Source of the DNA: PVC group bacterium
GTDB taxonomy: Bacteria > Verrucomicrobiota > Kiritimatiellia > CAIKKV01 > CAITUY01
Length of the DNA: 64,000 nt
Assembly (NCBI GenBank): GCA_945870225.1
Contig: CAMBRF010000013.1
Coordinates: 13,469 to 77,468 of the forward strand
Direction of reading: 5' to 3'
Of this stretch, positions 56,171-64,000 are shown piece by piece. Each line of letters begins with the position of its first letter. Position 1 is the stretch's first letter. The position numbers and the translations under genes are program-made. The notes beneath the pieces were generated by a model, which saw nothing but the letters and a program-made list of their open reading frames with translations, ran no database searches and was not told the origin of the DNA.

Positions 56171-57253
56171 ATGAAAGCGTGGCAGACAACGAGACTCGTG
56201 ATGACGGCCGCCGTGCTATTCGGTTTATCGTCCTTTACCGCCCGCTCCGCCTATCTGGACGAAGGGGACACCGCCTCCGGCCGACCCGAGAGGATATTGC
56301 CCCGACCTATCCCGATCCCGCCCCGTGACCGCGATAACCCGCTGCGCCAGATTCTCCGGCGCGTGGATCTCGGCCGACCCTACACCTACGGACGACTGAC
56401 CGTTTTCCCGCTGGTGCTCCGGGACAACGGTGATCAACCGGACATTCGCACTCTGGATGAAGCCCTGAACCGGGGCTGGATCACCATCCGGGAACAGGAA
56501 CAGGCCCGGGTTGCGGAAGTGGTCGTCCGCAACGAGTCCAAGTATCCGGTATTCATGATGGGCGGTGAGATCCTCGGCGGCGGCCGCCAGGATCGCATCA
56601 TCCGGAACGACGTCCTGATCGGCCGGAACCGCGACACGGTTACGGTCCCCGTTTATTGCGTCGAACAGGACCGCTGGCAGGGCACCCGTGAGTCATTCGA
56701 CCGCGCGCCCTTTCTGGCCGGGCAGTCCATGCGCGGACTGGCCGCGCGCGCAGCCTCTCAGGAAGCCATCTGGACGGAGGTCGATCAGCGGCTCAAACAA
56801 TCCGGGACCCCGGCCCCCACCCGCAGTTATCAGGCCCTGTACAATGATCGGGACACGGGCCGGCGCATCGACCGGGCGGCAACCCGATTTCGCGCCATCC
56901 GGACCCGGCACACCGTCGGATTGGTGATTGCCGATCGTGGCCGCGTCGTCAGTGGGGACCTGTTCGCCGATCCCGAACTCTGTGAACGCCTGTGGGACAA
57001 GATAATCCGCTCCCACGTGGCGGATATCGTGATCCAGGACGATGGGCGGCGGGATGAAGAAAGCCTGGCCGGGGGCTCCACCGAAAGTGTCAGGAATTTC
57101 CTGCAGGCCCTGTCCCGGGCGGAGCTGGACCGGGAAAGCACACCGGGCGACGGCGAGTCTTTCGCATTAAGAGGCCAGGTGGATGGACATGCCTTGCTCT
57201 GGAACGGCGGCCTGATACACGTGGTCGCTTTTCCGGCACCAAGACTGTATTGA
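56171..57253 (+). CDS. Secreted hypothetical protein. It resembles the family I recall as DUF6569/ARPP-1 (from memory only).
   Basis: Start at ATG 56171 with signal-like MKAWQTTRLVMTAAVLFGLSSFTA. The core is LTVFPLV...LDEALNRGWITI.E......V.VRN....PVFMMGGEILGG.QDR..N...L......V.VPVYCVEQDRW. Confidence 0.55.
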   Translation: MKAWQTTRLVMTAAVLFGLSSFTARSAYLDEGDTASGRPERILPRPIPIPPRDRDNPLRQILRRVDLGRPYTYGRLTVFPLVLRDNGDQPDIRTLDEALNRGWITIREQEQARVAEVVVRNESKYPVFMMGGEILGGGRQDRIIRNDVLIGRNRDTVTVPVYCVEQDRWQGTRESFDRAPFLAGQSMRGLAARAASQEAIWTEVDQRLKQSGTPAPTRSYQALYNDRDTGRRIDRAATRFRAIRTRHTVGLVIADRGRVVSGDLFADPELCERLWDKIIRSHVADIVIQDDGRRDEESLAGGSTESVRNFLQALSRAELDRESTPGDGESFALRGQVDGHALLWNGGLIHVVAFPAPRLY

Positions 57254-57280
57254 TTTGATGTGATAAAAGGAGATCAGAAC

Positions 57281-59557
57281 ATGAAACGGTTACTGCATGT
57301 AGCGATGGTCGTATTATTCGGAATCCAGGCTGAGTCGTTCGGGGCGGGCATGCTGATCCCCAAGGATGAGTCCATCCCGCCGCTGGCGATTGAAAGCCAG
57401 CGGGTCGACATCCAGATCAAGGATGGCACGGCCACGGCCCGCATCGAGCAGGTCTTCCGGAACAGTGTCGACCGCAATCTGGAGGCGGTCTATGTCTTCC
57501 CCTTACCCGAGAATGCCAGCATTTCCGACTTCGCCCTGTATATCAACGGCAAGCGGACCAGTGGTGAGCTTGTGGAAAAGGACAAGGCACGGCGCACTTA
57601 CGAGGACATTGTCCGCCGCATGAAGGACCCGGGGTTGCTGGAGCATATCGGCGGGAACCTCTTCCGCGTCAGCGTCTTCCCCGTTCCCGCCAATGGCCTG
57701 CAGAAGATTGAACTCGAGTATTCACAGACCCTGGACTTCGAAAGCGGCCTCTACAAGTACGTCTACCCGCTCAAGACCGGCGAACGGGCCTCCCGCACCC
57801 TGGCTGATTTCACCGTTTCCGTGCGCCTGAAATCCGGACTCCCGCTCAAGAGCGTCTACTCCCCGTCACACAAGGTCGGCGTTTCGCGCAAGGGCGACCA
57901 TGAAGCCGTCATCGGGTTTGAGGAGGACAAATCCCTGCTGGATCGGGATTTCGTGCTGTACTACGCCGTCTCGAAGAAGGAGTTCGGCCTGAACCTGCTC
58001 ACGCACGCGGTCAAGGGAGAGCCGGGCTTCTTCATGATGATGCTGGCCCCTTCCCTCGCCTCGCCGGATGCCGTCATGGCGAAGGATATGACGTTTGTGC
58101 TCGACACCTCCGGCAGCATGGCGGGCGGCAAGCTTGAACAGACGCGCAAGGCCCTGGAATACGCCGTGAAAACGTTGCATGCCGGCGACCGCTTCAACGT
58201 GATCCGCTTCAGCACCGACATCGAGCCGTTCAGTCCGAAGCTGGTGGAGGTCAACGCCGCCAATCGCGAGGCGGCGCTGGCGTTCATCCGCAGCACGGAG
58301 GCGCGCGGCGGAACCGCCATCAACGACGCCCTGGCCGCCGCCCTGGCCCAGAACTATGACAGTAAACGCCCCGCCATCATCCTCTTTCTCACCGACGGCC
58401 GGCCGACTATCGGCGAGACGACCCCTGAAACCATCCTGGACAACGTCCGCAAAAACAACCCAACCCACGCCCGCCTCTTCGTGTTCGGAGTCGGCGAGGA
58501 CGTCAACACCCACCTGCTCGACAAGGCCGCCGGTCAGAATGGCGGCCTTCCCCAATACGTGACGCCCAACGAAGACATCGAGATCAAGGTGTCGAGTCTC
58601 GCCGACAAGATGAGCAGCCCCGTGCTGTCCAACGTCCGCGTGGAGGTGGACAAGATGAAGACCTCCAAGATCCACCCCGCCGCCCTGCCGGACCTTTTCA
58701 GCGGCGAACAGATCACCATCTTCGGCCGCTACGACGGCAATGGCGATTCCGTCATCCGCCTGACCGGCGACGTGAACGGCAAGAGGCAGGAATTCGTTTA
58801 TGAGGGCACCTTCCCCGCCGTACAGTCCGACAACACCTTCATCTCGTCACTGTGGGCCACACGCCGGGTCGGCTTTCTGCTCGATGAAATCCGGCTCAGG
58901 GGCGAAAATGCGGAGCTCAAGGATGAAGTCATCCACCTAAGCCGTGACTTCGGCATCATGACGCCCTACACCTCCTTCCTGGTTCTCGAAGACGACAAGG
59001 CCTACACACAACATGGTATCGGCCGCATGGGGTCAGGCGGCGGGAAGCCGGCCACAAAGTCCGATGGATTTCTCGACAGTCCCACCCGTGAATCGTCCTC
59101 GCGCATGGTCCCTGTATTCTCCGCAGATAGCCTGAGTGCCGCGAAAATGCCCGGCAATGTACCGGCGGATCGCGCAACCAGAAGCGAACGCGGGGCCGCG
59201 TATCACAGCGGCTTCTCGATTGGCGGCGGGGCCGACTCCGACACCTCGGAAATGAAAGAAGAGTCCGGCTCACGGGCCGTTAAGATGAGCAAGAGGATTC
59301 AGGCGTACAAAGGGCTGGAAACCGCTGCGTCTGAAATGGCCGCCGTCAAACATGTGGGCCGGAAAGTGTTCACGCTGGTTGAGGGCCGATGGATCGACAC
59401 CGCCTTCAAGAGCACGCTGAAGATCACCACCGTCACGTTCGGCAGTGAGGAATACTTCAAACTGCTCAAGGACAAACCCGACCTGAAGGATATTCTGGCC
59501 CTGGGCACCAAGGTGACCGTCGTCCTTGAGGACGGCACCGCCCTGGTGGTGGAATAA
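57281..59557 (+). CDS. Secreted VIT-domain plus von Willebrand factor A-domain protein (inter-alpha-trypsin-inhibitor heavy-chain-like architecture)
   Basis: Start at ATG 57281 after AAAGGAG, with a signal peptide. VIT block VDIQIKDGTATARIEQVFRN...EAVYVFPLPENASISDF. vWA MIDAS motif FVLDTSGSM. Confidence 0.85.
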   Translation: MKRLLHVAMVVLFGIQAESFGAGMLIPKDESIPPLAIESQRVDIQIKDGTATARIEQVFRNSVDRNLEAVYVFPLPENASISDFALYINGKRTSGELVEKDKARRTYEDIVRRMKDPGLLEHIGGNLFRVSVFPVPANGLQKIELEYSQTLDFESGLYKYVYPLKTGERASRTLADFTVSVRLKSGLPLKSVYSPSHKVGVSRKGDHEAVIGFEEDKSLLDRDFVLYYAVSKKEFGLNLLTHAVKGEPGFFMMMLAPSLASPDAVMAKDMTFVLDTSGSMAGGKLEQTRKALEYAVKTLHAGDRFNVIRFSTDIEPFSPKLVEVNAANREAALAFIRSTEARGGTAINDALAAALAQNYDSKRPAIILFLTDGRPTIGETTPETILDNVRKNNPTHARLFVFGVGEDVNTHLLDKAAGQNGGLPQYVTPNEDIEIKVSSLADKMSSPVLSNVRVEVDKMKTSKIHPAALPDLFSGEQITIFGRYDGNGDSVIRLTGDVNGKRQEFVYEGTFPAVQSDNTFISSLWATRRVGFLLDEIRLRGENAELKDEVIHLSRDFGIMTPYTSFLVLEDDKAYTQHGIGRMGSGGGKPATKSDGFLDSPTRESSSRMVPVFSADSLSAAKMPGNVPADRATRSERGAAYHSGFSIGGGADSDTSEMKEESGSRAVKMSKRIQAYKGLETAASEMAAVKHVGRKVFTLVEGRWIDTAFKSTLKITTVTFGSEEYFKLLKDKPDLKDILALGTKVTVVLEDGTALVVE

Positions 59558-59570
59558 CAGGGAAGAAGAC

Positions 59571-59597
59571 GGACGGCGACACGCCGTCCCTCCCAAA
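59571..59597 (+). repeat. Truncated copy 4 of the intergenic repeat (second hairpin plus CCCTCCCAAA)
   Basis: GGACGGCGACACGCCGTCCCTCCCAAA, 14 nt after the VIT-vWA stop. Confidence 0.85.
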
Positions 59598-59621
59598 TCA
59601 CGAAAAATACTGGAAGGAAAT

Positions 59622-62600
59622 ATGACCATGAAACGCAAATTACTCTCCCTTATTCTCACCTGCTCACTGGGCCTGATGAACAACCCCGCCCCGATCCTGG
59701 CGGCAAATCCCCAACCCGCCGCCAAGGGCGGACCCGCCAGGAGCGAGGATCTCGGCGGCGCCGAGCGGTTTGCCGCCTATGTGAGCACGGACAAGCCCAT
59801 CTATCGCGACAACGAGCGGCTCTATGGCCGGTGCATCATCCTCACGGCGGATTCGCACACGCCGCTCAGCCAACCGCAACCGCCGCTGTTCTTTGAAATC
59901 ACCGGACCCAAGGGCGACCGCGTTGCCTCCGGACTCGCCCCGGTCCAGGACAGCGTCGGCGGCCTGTACTGGGACATCCCGGACGGTCAGGCCGGGGGTG
60001 AGTATTTGCTCACGGTAACCTGCCCGCAACTCGGCCTGGCACCGGCCGTGCGCAAGTTTGATATCCGCGACTTCCGTGCCCCGCGCCTCAAGACCCAGAT
60101 CAAGTTCCTGCGCGACGGCTATGGGCCCGGTGATACCGTGACCGCCACACTGGAAGCACTCCGCGCCGAGGGCGGCGTGCCGGAACATGCCCGGGTTAAA
60201 ATCTCCGCCCGAGTGGACGGCACCGAAGTCCATACCGCCACCGGCGAAGTTGACGAGCGCGGGCACTGCACCGCCGTGTTCAAACTGCCCAAAAAGATCG
60301 ATCGCGGGGAAGGCTCTCTCGCCTTCGTCGTGGAGGATGGCGGCGTGGTGGAAACCGCCAGCAAGACGATCCCGATCCTGCTCCAGACCCTTGACCTGTC
60401 CCTCTATCCCGAAGGGGGCGACCTGGTTGCCGGGCTGCCCTGCCGCGTCTATGTCGAAGGCAGGACCCCCGCCGGCAAGCCGGCGGATATGAGCGGCGTG
60501 ATTGAAGACGACAAAGGGAAGCAGGTTGCGACCTTCCGCACCGAGCACGAGGGCCGCGGCCGGTTCATCATCACCCCGAAACAAGGCATGACTTACCGCC
60601 TCAAGCTCCTTGAACCCTCCGGCATCGCCAAAATCTGGCCCCTGCCCGTCGTCCGCGATATCGGCACCGTCATCCGCACCACCGCCGACGTTTATCCGCG
60701 GGGCGAACCCATCGTCCTACGCGTACTGACCACGGAACCGGGCCCCTTCACCGTGACTTTGCGCAAGTTTGAAAACGAACTGGCGTCACTCAAAATCCGC
60801 GGGGCCGACCAGGCCGGCGAGGAAGCCACGGCGACCGTCACCCTCACACCGTCCGCCCGACGCGACGGCGTGCTGATGGCCACCGTCTGGAACAGCAAAA
60901 ACGAACCGGTCGCCGAACGGCTGATCTTCCGGGAACCGGCCAATAGCGTCCAGGTGCGGGTCGCGGCCAACCGGCCGCGATACGTCCCGGGCGGGCCGGT
61001 GAGCATCACCGTCACCACGACGGACGAACATGGCGAACCGCTGAGCGCGGTGGTCGGTTTAACCATCACCGATGACAGCGTTCTGGAAATGATCGAGAAG
61101 CGCGAACAGGCGCCCCGTCTGCCGGTAATGGTCTATCTTGAGAGCGATGTCCGCGATCTGGCCGACGCCCACGTCTACCTCGACCGCAACAACCCCAAGG
61201 CGCCGCGGGCGGTCGATCTGCTGCTCGGCACCCAGGGCTGGCGCCGGTTCGCCCTGGTCAACCTGGCCAAGTTTCTGGAAGAGAATGGCGATGCGGGCCG
61301 CCGTGCCCTGGCCATGCGATCTGCCGTGCCAGCGTGGGAAAACGAAGGCCGTTTGGATGAAAGCGAAGCCAAACACGGGGCATGGCGCGGAGCCATACGT
61401 CCAGGGAGTCTCGCCAAACGACCACCAGAGGAACTTGGCATGGTCGTGAACTGCCCCGTCCCGTCCAACAAACCGATGCCCGGGCGCGTGGCCAACGCCG
61501 AAGAACCGGCGCCGGTTATTGAAGGATTGGACAAAAAACTCAAGGACCAGCGTCAGCGAATCCCTCCAAAGGACGATGCTGTCGGGGGTGGGCGCGGTAA
61601 ACTCAGGGGGCAAGCCGCGGAAATGGATAGGGAGGGATGGGAGTTTTCCCGTCTTGAGGCTTGGGTGACTGTGCGCGAATACGCCCATCCGGCGCGACCC
61701 GGCCGTCAACCGAATGAGCGCGTGGACTTCACGGAAACCCTGTTTTGGAATGCCGGGGTCAAGACTGACGCCAAGACCGGACAGGCCACCTTCAACTTCG
61801 CCCTCAATGATGCGGTCAGCAGTTTCCGGATCAACGCCGATGCGTTCATGAGCGGTGCGGTCGGCAGCGGCACCGGACTGGTTGAATCCGTGCAGCCCTT
61901 CTACGTTGAACCCAAACTACCGCTGGAAGTGACCATGGGTGACCGGATTCAGCTGCCGCTCGGCCTGGTCAACGGCACCGCGGACACCCTCGACAACGTG
62001 ACCCTGAAGGTCACCGCCGCCAAGGGCATCATGGCGGGCGGGCTCGTCCCCTTCAATCTCAAGGCCGACAGCCGTGTCCGCCGTCTCGTTGAACTGGCCG
62101 TCGGCGACATCGCCGGCGAGGGCGACTTTGTCGTTGAAGCCAGCGGCGGCGCGTACTCGGACCTTGTCACTCGGAAGCTGCGCGTGGTCCCGCGCGGCTT
62201 CCCAGTAACCGTCGCCCGGGGCGGCATGCTGGCCCCGGACAGTGCCCTCACCTTCAAAATCAATGTCCCCGCCAATCGGGTGCCCGGCAGTGTCCGCAGT
62301 GACATCGCCATCTACCCCACTCCCATGGCCAACCTCACCAAAGCCCTCGAACGCCTGCTTCAGGAACCCTGCGGCTGTTTCGAGCAGACATCATCCACCA
62401 CCTATCCGGTGATCATGGTGCAGCAGTATTTTACGTCGCACCAAGGGGTGGACCCCAAACTAGCGGAACGCGGCAGCGACCTGCTGAAAAAAGGCTACGA
62501 GCGGCTCACGGGGTTCGAGTGCAAGCAAAAGGGCTACGAATGGTTTGGCCAGGACCCCGGACATGAGACCCTGACGGCTTATGGCCTTCTCGAGTTCACC

Positions 62601-63800
62601 GATATGGCGCGGGTTCACGCCGTGGACAGCGGCATGCTGCAACGCACCCGCCAGTGGCTGCTGGCGGCGAGGGATGGCAAGGGAGGGTTCAAGCGGGAAC
62701 GCCGGGCGCTCCACACCTGGATCGAGGACAAGGACTGCTCCAACGCTTACATCACCTGGGCGCTGCTCATGGCCGGAGAACCGGCCGCATCACTCCGCCC
62801 GGAAATCGACACCGTGAAGGCGGCGGCCAGGAAGAGCGAGAACAGTTACGTGATCGCCATCGGCGCCAACGTGGCGCTGGCGGACAAGGATACGGACAGC
62901 GCCAAAGTGCTGCTTGACCGACTGGCCGCGAAGCAGACCAAGGAGGGGTTTGTGGCGGGAGGCACCACCACCATCGTGGGCAGCGGCGGGATCGCCCTGC
63001 AGGTGGAAACCACGGCCTACGCTTTGCTGGCCTGGCTTCAGGATAAGTCCTGTGTCGGCAACGTCGAACCGGCCTTGAAATGGCTGGCCGATGTTTGCGA
63101 AGGCGGCCGTTACGGTTCCACCCAGGCGACCGTGCTTGCCCTGCGCGCCATCGTCGCCTACGACCAGTCCCGCTCCACACCCAAGGCACCCGGCAGCTTG
63201 CAGCTCACCGTCGACGGGCGCCAGGCCGGCAGCACGGTCAAGATCGGGCCCGAGACCACCGGTGCCATCCTCCTTACCGACATTGCCGAACTCCTCGAAC
63301 CCGGCGAGCATACGATTGAAATCCGCATGAACGGCGGGTCCGAGATGCCCTGCTCCATGACGGTGCAATACCATGATGACAAGCCGGCCTCCAGCGACCG
63401 GTGCAAAGTCGGCGTCACGGTCAAACTGGCGGCGGAGAAGGTGGCGGAAGGCAAGCTCACTGAGGCAACCGTGACCGTGATCAACCGGGCGGAGGACGAG
63501 ATTATCCCGACGCCGGTGGCGATCATCGGCATTCCGGGCGGGCTGGAGGTCCGGCATGATCAGCTCAAGGAACTGGTAAAAAGCGGGAAGATCGCCGCCT
63601 ATGAAGTCCTGGGCCGTCAGGTTGTGCTCTACTGGCGGTCACTCAAGGCGCAGGAAAAAGTGCAGCTGCCGCTGAGCCTGGTCGCCGCGATTCCCGGCAC
63701 CTATACCGGTCCCGCGAGCCGCGCCTATCTCTACTACACCGACGAGTTCAAGACCTGGGCCGCCCCGCTGCGCATCACCATCACCCCCACCGGGGAGTAA
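59622..63800 (+). CDS. Bacterial alpha-2-macroglobulin-family protein with a CxEQ thioester motif
   Basis: About 1390 aa with a signal/lipoprotein-like N-terminus MTMKRKLLSLILTCSLG. Repeated MG-like beta-sandwich regions. PCGCFEQTSSTTYP at 62370-62387 fits the CxEQ thioester site. A TED-like helical region follows. Confidence 0.8.
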   Translation: MTMKRKLLSLILTCSLGLMNNPAPILAANPQPAAKGGPARSEDLGGAERFAAYVSTDKPIYRDNERLYGRCIILTADSHTPLSQPQPPLFFEITGPKGDRVASGLAPVQDSVGGLYWDIPDGQAGGEYLLTVTCPQLGLAPAVRKFDIRDFRAPRLKTQIKFLRDGYGPGDTVTATLEALRAEGGVPEHARVKISARVDGTEVHTATGEVDERGHCTAVFKLPKKIDRGEGSLAFVVEDGGVVETASKTIPILLQTLDLSLYPEGGDLVAGLPCRVYVEGRTPAGKPADMSGVIEDDKGKQVATFRTEHEGRGRFIITPKQGMTYRLKLLEPSGIAKIWPLPVVRDIGTVIRTTADVYPRGEPIVLRVLTTEPGPFTVTLRKFENELASLKIRGADQAGEEATATVTLTPSARRDGVLMATVWNSKNEPVAERLIFREPANSVQVRVAANRPRYVPGGPVSITVTTTDEHGEPLSAVVGLTITDDSVLEMIEKREQAPRLPVMVYLESDVRDLADAHVYLDRNNPKAPRAVDLLLGTQGWRRFALVNLAKFLEENGDAGRRALAMRSAVPAWENEGRLDESEAKHGAWRGAIRPGSLAKRPPEELGMVVNCPVPSNKPMPGRVANAEEPAPVIEGLDKKLKDQRQRIPPKDDAVGGGRGKLRGQAAEMDREGWEFSRLEAWVTVREYAHPARPGRQPNERVDFTETLFWNAGVKTDAKTGQATFNFALNDAVSSFRINADAFMSGAVGSGTGLVESVQPFYVEPKLPLEVTMGDRIQLPLGLVNGTADTLDNVTLKVTAAKGIMAGGLVPFNLKADSRVRRLVELAVGDIAGEGDFVVEASGGAYSDLVTRKLRVVPRGFPVTVARGGMLAPDSALTFKINVPANRVPGSVRSDIAIYPTPMANLTKALERLLQEPCGCFEQTSSTTYPVIMVQQYFTSHQGVDPKLAERGSDLLKKGYERLTGFECKQKGYEWFGQDPGHETLTAYGLLEFTDMARVHAVDSGMLQRTRQWLLAARDGKGGFKRERRALHTWIEDKDCSNAYITWALLMAGEPAASLRPEIDTVKAAARKSENSYVIAIGANVALADKDTDSAKVLLDRLAAKQTKEGFVAGGTTTIVGSGGIALQVETTAYALLAWLQDKSCVGNVEPALKWLADVCEGGRYGSTQATVLALRAIVAYDQSRSTPKAPGSLQLTVDGRQAGSTVKIGPETTGAILLTDIAELLEPGEHTIEIRMNGGSEMPCSMTVQYHDDKPASSDRCKVGVTVKLAAEKVAEGKLTEATVTVINRAEDEIIPTPVAIIGIPGGLEVRHDQLKELVKSGKIAAYEVLGRQVVLYWRSLKAQEKVQLPLSLVAAIPGTYTGPASRAYLYYTDEFKTWAAPLRITITPTGE

Positions 63801-64000
63801 ACGAGTTTCAGGCAAACGCGGCGGCGAGCGTGCGAGCCGTCGCGACCGAAGATCTGGTGTTGGGTGTCATGTGTTAAGTTCACTCCGTTGATAACTTATA
63901 GAATCGGCTCGGCGCGTTCGTTTCCGCAGATAGGACTGCGTTCGTCCCGTACAGAGGCCCGGAAACTTGATCCCAGACTGTTTGACGGAGATCGTCGGCG

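Noticed and set aside
56056-56328. ORFs starting inside the 56-nt repeat (ATGATG preceded by GGGAGGG), giving the shared peptide MMRAADGDTPSLPK at both full copies. The 90-aa ORF at 56056..56328 and a roughly 41-aa ORF at 47374 are the two cases.
   Set aside because: Beyond the repeat the two ORFs diverge completely and run out of frame across the start of the next real gene. The start codons lie inside the palindrome stem-loop. The shared peptide is just the translation of the repeat, so it is best treated as a non-coding element.

Overview
High-GC bacterial chromosomal window with no transposase, integrase, phage gene or CRISPR array that I could recognise. Gene content (exosortase, many glycosidases, Topo VI) is PVC-superphylum-like, but that is only a guess.

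Layout:
- 0-7 kb: a carbohydrate-use cluster (GH65 phosphorylase, SGNH esterase, GH36 alpha-galactosidase, HpcH aldolase, MBL hydrolase).
- 7-12.4 kb: phosphoesterases, ispD, and an ArsR-regulated CoA-disulfide-reductase/rhodanese/TusA/DsrE fusion.
- 12.5-32 kb: a large exopolysaccharide locus. It holds O-antigen-ligase-like proteins, the priming phosphotransferase, an exosortase-EpsI fusion, 9 glycosyltransferases, 3-4 methyltransferases and a flippase. It contains a visibly lower-GC sub-block and one frameshifted methyltransferase.
- 32.4-37.7 kb: a double zinc-ribbon/Pro-Ala-rich/coiled-coil protein, a B12-type radical SAM enzyme, an esterase and an LpxC-like protein.
- 37.8-45.5 kb: tRNA-Arg(ACG), grpE, an aminotransferase, a tandem NDK, a two-component pair, queCED and a stand-alone IMP cyclohydrolase domain.
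- 45.6-49.1 kb: a bacterial topoisomerase VI operon (top6B-top6A) plus an unknown 157-aa ORF.
- 49-53.7 kb: miscellaneous enzymes.
- 54-63.8 kb: an ECF sigma/anti-sigma pair followed by a secreted unknown protein, a VIT-vWA protein and a thioester-type alpha-2-macroglobulin.

The signals I consider most worth follow-up:
- The ECF-controlled VIT-vWA/A2M module.
- The bacterial Topo VI operon.
- A family of structured intergenic repeats: two identical 56-nt copies and two truncated copies. They lie only between co-directional genes of those two operons.
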